A stretch of DNA of 64,000 nt from an uncultured Acidimicrobiaceae bacterium (GTDB lineage Bacteria > Actinomycetota > Acidimicrobiia > Acidimicrobiales > RAAP-2): the NCBI GenBank assembly GCA_963784155.1, contig CAWAQF010000004.1, positions 553,422-617,421 of the forward strand, given 5' to 3'. Numbering within the stretch: position 1 is the stretch's first letter; the number at the start of each line of letters is the position of its first letter. Shown piece by piece: positions 1 to 9,297 of this stretch. Position numbers and translations under genes: made by a program. The notes below the pieces were generated by a model. The model saw only the letters and a list, made by a program, of their open reading frames with translations, searched no databases and had not been told where the DNA came from.

Positions 1-814
1 CGATGTGAGCTTCGAGGTGCCCGAGGGGGGCATCACCGCGCTCATCGGCTCGAACGGCGCCGGCAAGTCGACGGTCTCGCGGGTGGTGACCGGGCTCCTG
101 CCCACCACTGCCGGCAGCCTGTGTCTCAGCGGCAAGGTGATCACCGGGCTGCCCGCGTACAAGATCGCCCGGGCGGGTGCGGCGCACGTACCCGAAGGAC
201 GCGGTGTGTTCGCCAATCTGACCGTCGAGGAGAACCTCAAGCTGGCCTTCCGCCAGCGTGGCGGGCGGCGGTCGGTGTCCGAGTCGCTCGATCGGGCCTA
301 CGACGCGTTCCCCATCCTCGGGGCGCGGCGCCGGCAGGCCGGCGGGACCTTGTCCGGCGGCGAACAGCGGATCCTCTCGCTTGCGAAGGTGCTGATCGTC
401 CCGCCCCGGCTTCTCGTCGCCGACGAGATCTCACTCGGTCTCGCGCCGGTGATGATCGACGCGGTCTACGACGGATTGCGCCGGATCAACGGTGCCGGCA
501 CCGCGCTCTTGATCGTCGAGCAGCAGGTCGACCGTGTCCTCGACATCGCGGCCACCGCGGTGGTCCTCGAACACGGTGCGGTCGCCTATCTCGGACCGGC
601 GAGCGGTGCGATGGCCGCGGTCGAGAAGGTGCTGGCGGCGCGGGGCGAGCGGAAGACGATGCTCACTCCGTCGGCCAACGGCTCGGGTCCGCACGGCGGA
701 GCGAGAGCCGACGGCGAGACCGGCCTGGACCGCGAGCAGGGACCGGGCGGACCGAGCGATGGGGGTGACGAGCGTGCCGGGGACCGCGGCGCGCCGGGAG
801 AGGAGCCGACGTGA
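1..814 (+). CDS. ABC transporter ATP-binding protein, LivF-like (branched-chain amino acid type); 5' end lies outside the window
   Basis: ORF 5..814 has Walker A GSNGAGKST, signature LSGGEQ and Walker B LLVADE. The usual ~25 N-terminal residues are missing, so the gene runs off the left edge. A Gly/Asp/Pro-rich tail of ~50 aa follows the ABC domain. The stop overlaps the GTG of the next gene (GTGA at 811-814). Confidence 0.85.
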   Translation, partial: DVSFEVPEGGITALIGSNGAGKSTVSRVVTGLLPTTAGSLCLSGKVITGLPAYKIARAGAAHVPEGRGVFANLTVEENLKLAFRQRGGRRSVSESLDRAYDAFPILGARRRQAGGTLSGGEQRILSLAKVLIVPPRLLVADEISLGLAPVMIDAVYDGLRRINGAGTALLIVEQQVDRVLDIAATAVVLEHGAVAYLGPASGAMAAVEKVLAARGERKTMLTPSANGSGPHGGARADGETGLDREQGPGGPSDGGDERAGDRGAPGEEPT

Positions 815-2004
815 AGGTGACCGAGCGTGACGCAGTGGTGGTCGACACGGTGCGAACGACCCTGGGCAAGCGCGGCGGCTCCCTCGCAACTTGGCATCCG
901 ACCGACCTGCTCGGGTTCGCGCTGACCACCCTCCTCGACCGGACCGGTGTCGATCCGGGCCGGATCGACGACGTGGTGGGCGGGTGCGTGACCCAGGTCG
1001 GGGAGCAGAGCACCAACGTGACCCGCAACGCGTGGGTCGCGGCAGGTCTGCCCCAGAGCGTGCCGGCCACGACGGTCGACCGGCAGTGCGGTTCTTCCCA
1101 GCAGGCCATGCACTTCGCGGCGGCGGGCGTGAAAGCCGGCCACTACGACCTGGTGATCGCCTGCGGCGTCGAATCCATGAGCCGGGTCGCGCTCGCGTCG
1201 AACGCGCGGGGTGGCACCGGGCCCTTCTCTCCGTCGTTCCTCGAGCAGATCGACGGCCGCCTCTGGATGCAGTTCCGGGTGGCCCAGGTCCTCGCCGACC
1301 GCTGGGACATCAGCCGGACCGATATGGACGAGTACTCCCTCGAGAGCCACCGGCGGGCCGCGGCCGCGTGGGACAGCGGTCACTTCAAGGCCGAGACGAT
1401 CCCGGTACCCATGAAGGACGAGGAGGGTTCGTTGACCGGTGGCGTGCTCGAAGAGGACGAGGGTCTGCGTCGCAACGGCACGATGGAGTCCCTCGGTGCC
1501 CTGCCGCCTGCCCAGAGCTGGGAACCGGAGACCGCGCCCGACATCACCGCGGGCAACTCCTCCCAGATGACCGACGGCGCCGCAGCCATGCTGATCGCGG
1601 AGCGCTCGGTGGCCGAGAAGCTCGGACTGCCGGTGCGTGCGAGGTTCGCCCATGCCACCGTCGCCGCGGAGGACGCGGCGATCGTGCTGTCCGCACCCGT
1701 TCCCGCGACCGAGCGGTTGCTCCAGCGCTCGGGGATGACCGTCGAGCAGTTCGACGCGATCGAGTGCAACGAGGCGTTCGCCTCGATCCCGCTGATGTGG
1801 AACCGCGCGTTCCGTGCCGATCCCGAGCGGCTCAATCCGGTCGGCGGGGCGATCGCGATCGGGCATCCGCTCGGAGCGAGCGGCGTCCGCCTCGCGACGA
1901 CCTTGCTCAACCGGCTCGATGCGATCGGTGGCCGCTACGGCTTCCAGACCATGTGCGAAGGCGGCGGCCAGGCAAACGCCACCGTGTTCGAGCGCCTCGC
2001 TTGA
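811..2004 (+). CDS. thiolase (acetyl-CoA C-acyltransferase family)
   Basis: 397 aa ORF with thiolase motifs VDRQCGSSQQA (nucleophilic Cys), NEAFA, GHPLGASG and CEGGGQANA. Translationally coupled to the flanking genes. Confidence 0.9.
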   Translation: MKVTERDAVVVDTVRTTLGKRGGSLATWHPTDLLGFALTTLLDRTGVDPGRIDDVVGGCVTQVGEQSTNVTRNAWVAAGLPQSVPATTVDRQCGSSQQAMHFAAAGVKAGHYDLVIACGVESMSRVALASNARGGTGPFSPSFLEQIDGRLWMQFRVAQVLADRWDISRTDMDEYSLESHRRAAAAWDSGHFKAETIPVPMKDEEGSLTGGVLEEDEGLRRNGTMESLGALPPAQSWEPETAPDITAGNSSQMTDGAAAMLIAERSVAEKLGLPVRARFAHATVAAEDAAIVLSAPVPATERLLQRSGMTVEQFDAIECNEAFASIPLMWNRAFRADPERLNPVGGAIAIGHPLGASGVRLATTLLNRLDAIGGRYGFQTMCEGGGQANATVFERLA

Positions 2005-2630
2005 CGGCCATCTGGGAGACCCAGGCGGTCCCGCGCCTCACCAACCTCCTCCTCTCGTCCCGCGAGGTCGGTCGCCATCGCAGCGAAGCGGTTCGCGGCC
2101 TCGCGGGAACGGTCCTCGAGATCGGCTTCGGATCGGGCCTCAACGTGCCCTTCTATCCCTCCGAGGTCGAGCAGGTCCTCGCCGTCGAGCCCTCGAGCGT
2201 CGGCCGGAAGCTGAGCGCCAAGCGGGTGGCGGCCGGCTCCTCGCCGATCCGCCACGTGGGTCTCGACGGCCAGAAGCTCCCACTGGAGGACTCGAGCGTC
2301 GACGCCGCGCTGTCCACCTTCACCCTCTGCACCATCCCCGACGCGATGGCCGCCCTCTGCGAGGTGCGACGGGCGCTGCGCCCGGCGGGTCGGCTTCACT
2401 TCCTCGAGCACGGGCTCGCACCGGACCCCGCGGTCGCCGCACGGCAGCACCGGCTGAACGGGATCCAGCAGAAGGTCTTCGCCGGATGCCACCTCGATCG
2501 CCCGATCGACCGGTTGCTCGTCGACGCCGGCTTCGCGGTCGCCGAGCTCGATACCGGGTGGATGCAGGGGCCGGCGCTGCTGAAGCCCTGGAGCTACCTC
2601 TACACCGGTGTGGCGGTGCCCTCGTCCTGA
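2001..2630 (+). CDS. class I SAM-dependent methyltransferase
   Basis: In-frame tail of ORF 891..2630. Motif I is VLEIGFGSGLN, followed by ALRPAGRLHFLEH. TTG at 2001 overlaps the thiolase stop (TTGA). The upstream part of the long ORF is a GC-rich read-through over the thiolase. Confidence 0.75.
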   Translation: MTAIWETQAVPRLTNLLLSSREVGRHRSEAVRGLAGTVLEIGFGSGLNVPFYPSEVEQVLAVEPSSVGRKLSAKRVAAGSSPIRHVGLDGQKLPLEDSSVDAALSTFTLCTIPDAMAALCEVRRALRPAGRLHFLEHGLAPDPAVAARQHRLNGIQQKVFAGCHLDRPIDRLLVDAGFAVAELDTGWMQGPALLKPWSYLYTGVAVPSS

Positions 2631-2786
2631 GGCGAGTCCCCCGAACGGCGACTCACCGCCGAACGGAGCCGCCCGGCGGTCGCGCCCTCGGCAGATCACG
2701 CGATGGCGGCCCGATCCGGCCCGGGGTACTGTGCGCCCTGTCTCCGCTTCGATCGGCGGCCGGCGGTCGTTCCAGGGAGGTCGGCA

Positions 2787-2963
2787 GTGGGCGGTGGCAG
2801 GTCAGGTCCGAAGTGTCCGAGCTGCGGTTCCTCGGATGCACCGACGCTCATCGTCCGCGGCGACGGAGAGCACGGGAACGGTGATCGGCGCGTCGACTGG
2901 CGCTGCCGGCTGTGCCGGCAGGAGTGGTCCGAACGCCGGCCGGGGGCGCGGCAGGCCTGCTAG
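2787..2963 (+). CDS. small zinc-ribbon protein (two CxxC pairs), hypothetical
   Basis: GTG at 2787 lies 6 nt after GGGAGG. The 58 aa product carries CPSC...CRLC. In frame with listed ORF 2703..2963. Confidence 0.45.
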   Translation: MGGGRSGPKCPSCGSSDAPTLIVRGDGEHGNGDRRVDWRCRLCRQEWSERRPGARQAC

Positions 2964-2988
2964 AGGACCGGTCCGCCGACGCCGGGGA

Positions 2989-3873
2989 TCACGACGCGGA
3001 AGGCCCGATCTCCGCGAGCTTCGGCACGACCCGGTCACCGACCTCGGCGACCCAGGCCGCGGGACCCGGCCCCGGTGGAATCAGTTCCACCAGTTCGACC
3101 CCGAGGCGCGCGTACTCCTCCATGTCGGCGAGGAATGCGTCGACGTCGTCGAGCGGGTCGGTGAAGCCGAGGATGGTCTTCTTGACGGTGGCCGGGTCGC
3201 GGCCCTCGGATTCGCAGTGCCGGCGCAGGACGTCGAGCTTGTGGGCGACCACGGCGGGCTCGGGTGCGAAGAGGTTGCAGGCGTCCGCGTACCGGGCGAC
3301 GAGGCGGAGGGTCTTCCGCTCGCCGCTGCCGCCGATCAGGATCGGCGGGCGGGGCCGCTGGATCGGCTCGGGACGGCAGATCGTCTCCGCCAGCCGGTAG
3401 TGCCGCCCCTCGTACGGCCCGTCGTCGTCGCTCCACATCTGCAGGCAGATCTGCAGCGCCTCCTCGAGACGCTCGAACCGCTGGCCGACCGGCGGGAAGG
3501 GAACACCGAGGCCGAGGTGTTCACGCTCGTACCACGCCGCTCCGATCCCGAGCTGGGCACGTCCTCCCGACACCACGTCGAGGGTGGTCACGATCTTCGC
3601 GAGCAGACCCGGGTGGCGGTAGGTGACACCGGTGACGAGCGTGCCGAGGGTGATCCGCCGGGTGCGGCCGGCGAGGAAGGCGAGCCCGGTGTATCCCTCG
3701 AGCATCGGATCGGTGGCCGACGCGCGCCACTCCATCTGGAACCAGTGGTCCATGAGGGTGAAGGTCGCGCACCCGCCCTCGTCGGCGGCCTGGGCGGTGT
3801 CCGAGAGGATCGGCCCGATCTGCTCGGATCCCCCCGGAAGCGTGAAGTTGACGAAATGGATTCCGAGCTGCAT
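2989..3873 (-). CDS. LLM class F420-dependent oxidoreductase (luciferase-like monooxygenase family)
   Basis: ORF 2989..3876 has typical LLM blocks: TLMDHW, GRAQLGIGAAW and ILIGGSGERKTLRLVARYAD. ATG at 3873 lies 6 nt after GGAGG. Confidence 0.85.
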   Translation of the reverse strand: MQLGIHFVNFTLPGGSEQIGPILSDTAQAADEGGCATFTLMDHWFQMEWRASATDPMLEGYTGLAFLAGRTRRITLGTLVTGVTYRHPGLLAKIVTTLDVVSGGRAQLGIGAAWYEREHLGLGVPFPPVGQRFERLEEALQICLQMWSDDDGPYEGRHYRLAETICRPEPIQRPRPPILIGGSGERKTLRLVARYADACNLFAPEPAVVAHKLDVLRRHCESEGRDPATVKKTILGFTDPLDDVDAFLADMEEYARLGVELVELIPPGPGPAAWVAEVGDRVVPKLAEIGPSAS

Positions 3874-3943
3874 CAACGACCTCCACCAACGGTGACGGCC
3901 CGAGCGTAGGGCGCTCGCGCCGGTGCCGCGTCCGGTCGCGCGC

Positions 3944-5680
3944 TCAGAGCACCCCGAGGACCATCAGGCTGGCCGCCGCGTCGAGGTCACCGTCGACCGC
4001 GAGCTGCTGGGAGATGAAGGCGTCGGCACCGGCCAGCTCCCCGTTCACGATCCTGGTGAAGTCCTCGGCGGTCGCCCGCACCGTGGCGGCGGCATCCGGG
4101 GTCGGCTGGTCGAGGGACCGGGTCTTGACGGAGCCGTCGTGCACCTCGAGGAGCCAGGTGCCGCCTCCCTCGCCACTCAGGACGAACTGGACGTCGAGGT
4201 CGAGCCCGACCGCGGCGTCGGTGTCCACCTTGGCGAGGAGGACCTCGTCGAAGAATTCCGCGGGCCCGTCGACTTCCACTGAGGGGCGGCTCGCACGTGC
4301 CCGCTCGCCCGGCATGACCACCGCCTCCATCGCCTCGATCGACTCGGCGAGGATCTCGACGATGCGGTCGGCCGTCTCGCGGTCGATGGTCAGTGGTGGC
4401 GCGAGACCGACGACTTCGAGACCCATCGCCCGGCAGTAGAGCCCCCGTTCCCATGCCTCGTGCTCGACCATCTCGCAGGCCTGGTGCGGGTTGGCGAACC
4501 CGCGACCGGTCGCCGAGTCCGCGACGAGCTCGAGGCCGACCATCAGCCCGAGGCCGCGGACCTGCCCGACCGTCTCGAAGCGCTCCAGCTCCCGCATCCG
4601 CTCGAGCAGGTAGGAGCCCACGTCGGCGGCGTTCGCCACCAGACCCTCCTCCTCGATGATGGCGAGGTTGGCGAGGGCGGCCGCGCACGCCGCCGGGTGG
4701 CCCATGTAGGTGAAACCGTGGCTGAAGGGCATCCGCTCGGGGAGCCGCTCGCTGATCGTCCCCCAGACCTTGTCGGAGACGACCGACGCACCGAGCGGTT
4801 GGTACCCACTGGTCAGCCCCTTGGCCAGGGTCACGATGTCGGGCCGGATCCCGTAGTGCTCGAAGCCGAAGCGGGTCCCGGTCCGACCGAAGCCGCAGAC
4901 CACCTCGTCGGCGACGAAGAGGATCTCGTGCCGGTCACAGATCCGGCGGATCTCCTCGAAGTACCCCGGCGGGTGGCGGGATGATCCCCCCGGCTCCGAT
5001 GACCGGCTCGGCGATGAAGGCCCCGACCTCGTCGGGGCCCGCCTCTTCCACGTACGACTCGAGGGTCCGAGCGCAGGCCAGCCCGCAGGACGGGATAGGT
5101 GAGACCGAGCTCGCAGCGGTAGCAGTAGGGGGCGGGGATGTGGGCGAAGCCCGCTGCCTCGGGACCGAAGTTCCAGTGCATCGGCATGATGCCGGTCGCG
5201 GACATCGTCGCGATGGTCAACCCGTGGTAGCCGTGGTGGCGGGCGACGATGGTCTTGCGCCGCTCTTCGCCGCGCAGGGCCCAGTACATGCGCACCAGCT
5301 TGAAGTTGGTCTCGTTCGCCTCCGAGCCACCGGAGGCGAACATCACGTGGTCGAGGCCGAGCTCCGGCGGGAAGTGCGAGGCGATGACCTCGGCGAGCTC
5401 GATCGCCTTCGGGTGCGATTGTCCGTGGAAGGTCGTGAAGTAGTCGAGGGTGGCGAGTTGTGTCGCTGACCGCGTCGATGATCCGGCGCCGTCCGTGCCC
5501 GACCGCCACGCACCAGAGGCCGGCGAACCCGTCGATGATCCGGCGGCCCCGATCGTCGGTCAGCCACCAGCCGTCCGCCTCGACGACGATCCGCGGTCCG
5601 ACGGTGGTCATCTCACGGGGAGAGGTGACCGGGTGGATGAGGTGGGCGGCGTCGCGCCGTCCGAGCTCGGAGAGGGTCAT
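3944..5680 (-). pseudogene. class III (omega) aminotransferase fused to a C-terminal SCP2 sterol-carrier domain; reading frame broken by three +1 insertions
   Basis: N-terminus is GFAGLWCVAVGHGRR. The middle block FASGGSEANETNFKLVRMYW...HGYHGLT sits in ORF 4831..5346, in another frame. The C-terminus is FVADEVVCGFGRTG...LAKGLTSGYQPLG, then an SCP2-like tail (FVLSGEGGGTWLLEVHDG...FISQQLAVDGDL). Frame junctions are near 5462, 5090 and 4975, and together they restore the original frame. Confidence 0.8.
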
Positions 5681-6318
5681 GGCAGGTCTTCTCCCGTCGA
5701 TCCGGCCAGTGAGCCGGGGGCGCTCGCGCTCACGCGGGAGGAAGCACCCGGATGAAGCGACTCGATGAGGTGCTCGATGACCGCGACCGTCGGCTCCCGC
5801 TCACCGGTCTTCAGCACGTGAAGGGTCGCTTCGACCCACGCGCCGACCAGCACGCGAGCGAGCGCCTCCGAGTCGAGAGGGACGATCTCGCCCCGGGCGA
5901 TGGCCGCGGCCAGGACCCCGTGCACGAGCTCGAGCGCGATCTCCTGGTCGCGCCGACCGCCTTCGTCGAGGGCGGGGATGGTCCAGGCGTCACGGAGGAA
6001 GAAGCGGGCCTTGCCGAGGGTCGGGAGGGCCCGTAGGAAGCCGTCGAAAGCGTGCCGCATGTTGGCCACGACGTCCCCCTCGGGGTCGAACTCGGCGAGG
6101 GCGGCCTCGGTGAGGCGTTCGTAGAGCTCGTGCTGGAGGTCGCGTCCGAGGTCGTCCTTGTCCGCGAACCAGTAGTAGACCGCGCCCTTGGTCACCCCGG
6201 CGGCATCGGCGATCTCCTCCATGGTGACCGCCGCAAACCCCCGTTCCGCGAAGAGCTCGAGCGCGACGGCCATGATCCGGTCCCGGGTCTCCATTCCCTT
6301 CGGATTGCGACGCGCCAT
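5677..6318 (-). CDS. TetR/AcrR family transcriptional regulator
   Basis: ATG at 6318. HTH is TMEEIADAAGVTKGAVYYWFADKDDL. The stop overlaps the aminotransferase ATG (ATGA), and the start overlaps the SDR stop (TGATG). Confidence 0.85.
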   Translation of the reverse strand: MARRNPKGMETRDRIMAVALELFAERGFAAVTMEEIADAAGVTKGAVYYWFADKDDLGRDLQHELYERLTEAALAEFDPEGDVVANMRHAFDGFLRALPTLGKARFFLRDAWTIPALDEGGRRDQEIALELVHGVLAAAIARGEIVPLDSEALARVLVGAWVEATLHVLKTGEREPTVAVIEHLIESLHPGASSRVSASAPGSLAGSTGEDLP

Positions 6319-7112
6319 CAGGATTCCTTCGTCTGGATCCGCACGAACTCGGCCGCACCGGCGAGGAACCCGGCGGGATTCTGGGCCTTGCCGGAGGCGA
6401 ACTCGGCGAAGTACTCGGGCACGTAGACCGAGAGCGCTTCGGCTTCGACGCCCGCGAGGATCGCCCGAACTGCCTCCTCCACCGTGATGGCCTCGACGCC
6501 CGCGGTGAAGGGGTCGTTGTCCGGCAGGGTGAACAGTTCGGTGTCGACCACACCCGGGTAGACGACGGTGATCTTGACGCCGGTGTCCCAGAGGTCGACC
6601 GCCATCGTCTCGGAGAAGACGGCGAGGGCGGCCTTCGAGGCGCTGTAGGCGGCCTCGCCGGGGGAGCTCAGCGGCGCGGCCACCGAGGAAACGTTGACCA
6701 CCCGCCCCGACCCGCGCTCGAGCATCTGGGGAAGCAGGGCGAGGGTGAGGCGTACGGGCGAGAAGTAGTTGATCTCCATCACGGCCTCGACGGTCGCCGG
6801 GTCGAGCCTGGTCACGTGCCGTCGCTTGGGGATGCCGGCGTTGTTGACCAGGATGTCGATCCCCCCGAACCGACCGCACGCGTCCGCGGCAAGTCGGTCG
6901 ACCGCCTCGGGGTCGGAAAGGTCGGCGATCCACATTTCGGAGTCCGGGGAGTGCGCGCGGCAGCGCTCGAGGACCGCGGACAGACGATCGCGTCGGCGGG
7001 CCGCGATCCCCACGGTCGCCCCTGCCTCGGCGAACGCCTCGGCGAGCCCCGCGCCGATGCCGGACGAGGCTCCGGTCACGAGGACCCGGGCGCCTTCGAA
7101 GGTTGTGGCCAC
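6318..7112 (-). CDS. SDR family oxidoreductase
   Basis: GTG at 7112 follows GGGAGGCAGCA. Motifs are VLVTGASSGIG and YSASKAAL. The longer listed ORF (to 7403) has no homology upstream of this start. Confidence 0.85.
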   Translation of the reverse strand: MATTFEGARVLVTGASSGIGAGLAEAFAEAGATVGIAARRRDRLSAVLERCRAHSPDSEMWIADLSDPEAVDRLAADACGRFGGIDILVNNAGIPKRRHVTRLDPATVEAVMEINYFSPVRLTLALLPQMLERGSGRVVNVSSVAAPLSSPGEAAYSASKAALAVFSETMAVDLWDTGVKITVVYPGVVDTELFTLPDNDPFTAGVEAITVEEAVRAILAGVEAEALSVYVPEYFAEFASGKAQNPAGFLAGAAEFVRIQTKES

Positions 7113-7214
7113 TGCTGCCTCCCCCCGGCGGGCCCACCCGGGCCCGTCGCCGAGGATCATAAACTGACCATCCGTAGGGAAACAATACGGAGCCCCCGCG
7201 GCGAAGTCGGCCCG

Positions 7215-8015
7215 ATGCCGGACTCGGTCAAGATCGGGGCGATGAGCGACGACATCTGGGCCCCACTCGCCGACCGGTTCGTCGAAGGTCACTACGGCAC
7301 GCTCCGCGGGCGCGTCCGCACCTACCTCATCGACCGGCACCTCCGTGAGCACCTGCCGCCGCCGCCGCTCAGGTTGGTCGACGTCGGCGGCGGAGCCGGC
7401 CATCAGACCTTGCCGCTTGCCCGAAGAGGCTACGAGGTCACGATCGTCGATCCGTCGACAGCGATGCTCGAGCGCGCCGAGACGAGATTGGCGAACGAGT
7501 CACCGGGAGTGCGGCAGCGGGTGGAGCTGGTCGAGGCAAGTGCCGAAGAGGCGACTCGGATCGTGGGCAGGGGCGTCTTCTCCGGCGTCCTCTGTCACGG
7601 CGTGATCATGTACGTCGAGGAAGAGGGTCCCTTCGTCGAGGCCCTGTCGGAGCTCGCGCAGCCGGGGGCCGTGGTGTCGGTCGTCGCGAAGAACGCCGAC
7701 GTCCTCGCCTCGAGGCCGGCGCTCGAAGGTGACTGGGCCGCGGCGCTCACGGCATTCGACGCCGATCGGCAGATCAACGGCCTCGGAGTCGAGACCCGCG
7801 GCCACTCGCTCGAGGGCCTCTCCCGACTCCTGTCGGGTGCCGGAATCGACCGGGTCGCCTGGTACGGGGTGCGGCTCTTCACCGACGGCTGGACCGAGGA
7901 ATCGACGATCACCGACCCCGAGACGACCGTGCTGGCGGTCGAACTCGAGGCGAGTCGGCGCGATCCCTATCGCGGGATGAGCAGGTTGTTGCACTTCGTC
8001 GGCGTCCGCCGCTGA
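7215..8015 (+). CDS. class I SAM-dependent methyltransferase
   Basis: In-frame part of ORF 6816..8015 starting at ATG 7215. Motif I is LVDVGGGAGHQTLPLARRGYEVTIVDPS. Confidence 0.8.
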   Translation: MPDSVKIGAMSDDIWAPLADRFVEGHYGTLRGRVRTYLIDRHLREHLPPPPLRLVDVGGGAGHQTLPLARRGYEVTIVDPSTAMLERAETRLANESPGVRQRVELVEASAEEATRIVGRGVFSGVLCHGVIMYVEEEGPFVEALSELAQPGAVVSVVAKNADVLASRPALEGDWAAALTAFDADRQINGLGVETRGHSLEGLSRLLSGAGIDRVAWYGVRLFTDGWTEESTITDPETTVLAVELEASRRDPYRGMSRLLHFVGVRR

Positions 8016-8018
8016 CGG

Positions 8019-9212
8019 TTACGCGGCGACCCCGACCCCGAGGAGCCGCGCGGTGTTGCCCCCCATCACCTTGCGAACGTCCTCGTCCGGCAATCCCTTC
8101 AGCTCGTCCACGAAGGAGAGCGGATCGCTCATTCCCTCCGGGTGCGGGAAGTCGGACCCGAAGAGGACGTGATCGGCGCCGAGGAGGTCCACCATGCCGA
8201 GCACGTCCTCCTCGTGGTAGGGGTGGACGTAGACGTTCCGCTTGAACGCGAGGACCGGGTCCTCCGGGCACTCCTGCGGCATCATCTTGTAGGTCTCCTC
8301 CAGCTTGTGGAGGAGGGGCCGCACGAAGCTGCTTCCGTTCTCCACCGACAGGATCCGCAACTCGGGGAAGCGGGTGAATGCCCCGTGCAGGGTCATCGCG
8401 GTGAACGTGTCGGTGATCGACCGGTATTGCATCGACGCGAAACGGAACGGGGTGGGCCGGAAGGGTTGGAACTCCATGCTTCCCTCCCAGTCGTCCGCGT
8501 AGCGCGCGTACCCGCTGTCGGAGGCGTGCATGGAGACGGGAATGCCCTTGTCGACGACCGCCTCCCAGAAGGGGTCGAACAGGGGCAGACCGGGTGAGGT
8601 GGTGCGCCCGGAGGCCAGCGGCACGGGTGCAGGCCGGACGAGCACGGTCTTCGCACCGCGCTCGAGGCACCACTCGAGCTCCTCGATGGCCTTCTCGACG
8701 ATGGGGAGGGTGATCACCGGAGTCGGATAGATGCGGTCCTCGTAGTCGAAGGTCCAGGTCTCGAGCATCCACTCGTTGAGCGCGTGGATGACCGCGTGGA
8801 TCGCCTCCACGTCGTCGCGGAGGCGTTCCTCGACCAGGCTGGCGAGGGTCGGGAACATGAGCGCCCGGTCGACGCCGAGCTCGTCCATGAGCTCGAGGCG
8901 CGGACCCGGCTCGCGAAAGGCGGGGATGGACTTCATCGGATCGCCGAGGATCTCGCGGATGCTCTTCCCATCGGGGTTCCCGTGCTTGAAGTACTCCTCC
9001 TGGGCCCCAGGACGCGCCACGACGTCGAAGGTCGGGTTCGGGATGTAGTCGCTGATCAATCCTTTGACCACGATCTTCGTCCTGCCCCGGAGCTCGACGT
9101 AGTCGATCAGCCCGTCGTACTTCTTCGGCAAGAATTTCGTGAGCGCCTCGCGCGTCTCGTACATGTGGTTGTCGGCATCGAAGACTTCGAAGCCCAAGGA
9201 CCGTGACGGCAC
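8019..9212 (-). CDS. amidohydrolase family protein (amidohydrolase_2 / ACMSD-like fold)
   Basis: GTG at 9212 lies 6 nt after GGGAGG. Motifs are FDADNH near the N-terminus and LFGSDFPHPEG near the C-terminus. Close paralog of 31876..33066. Confidence 0.85.
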   Translation of the reverse strand: MPSRSLGFEVFDADNHMYETREALTKFLPKKYDGLIDYVELRGRTKIVVKGLISDYIPNPTFDVVARPGAQEEYFKHGNPDGKSIREILGDPMKSIPAFREPGPRLELMDELGVDRALMFPTLASLVEERLRDDVEAIHAVIHALNEWMLETWTFDYEDRIYPTPVITLPIVEKAIEELEWCLERGAKTVLVRPAPVPLASGRTTSPGLPLFDPFWEAVVDKGIPVSMHASDSGYARYADDWEGSMEFQPFRPTPFRFASMQYRSITDTFTAMTLHGAFTRFPELRILSVENGSSFVRPLLHKLEETYKMMPQECPEDPVLAFKRNVYVHPYHEEDVLGMVDLLGADHVLFGSDFPHPEGMSDPLSFVDELKGLPDEDVRKVMGGNTARLLGVGVAA

Positions 9213-9297
9213 TGTCAACCTCCCGATCGTCCCTGATTCGTGAACATCAACAATAGTGACGCTGCGCTCGACCGAACCCCGCACCCGATCACGTCGT

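Noticed and set aside
650-814. The Gly/Asp/Pro-rich ~50 aa C-terminal extension of the LivF-like ATPase as a functional domain or a missed frameshift
   Set aside because: No alternative frame gives a better continuation, and the stop is neatly coupled to the next gene. It may simply be a disordered tail, and there is not enough evidence for either claim.
586-1866. Very long ORFs antisense to, or out of frame with, recognised genes. Examples are 586..1866(-), 1814..2884(+), 13359..14705(-), 14644..16422(-), 20047..21738(-), 28558-overlapping frames, 39574..40653(-), 45686..47563(+), 49718..51553(+) and 49803..51266(-).
   Set aside because: Their translations are Arg/Pro/Gly/Ala-rich with no domain motifs. 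They mirror genes that have clear family signatures. In DNA this GC-rich, stop codons are rare in all frames, so these are shadow ORFs.
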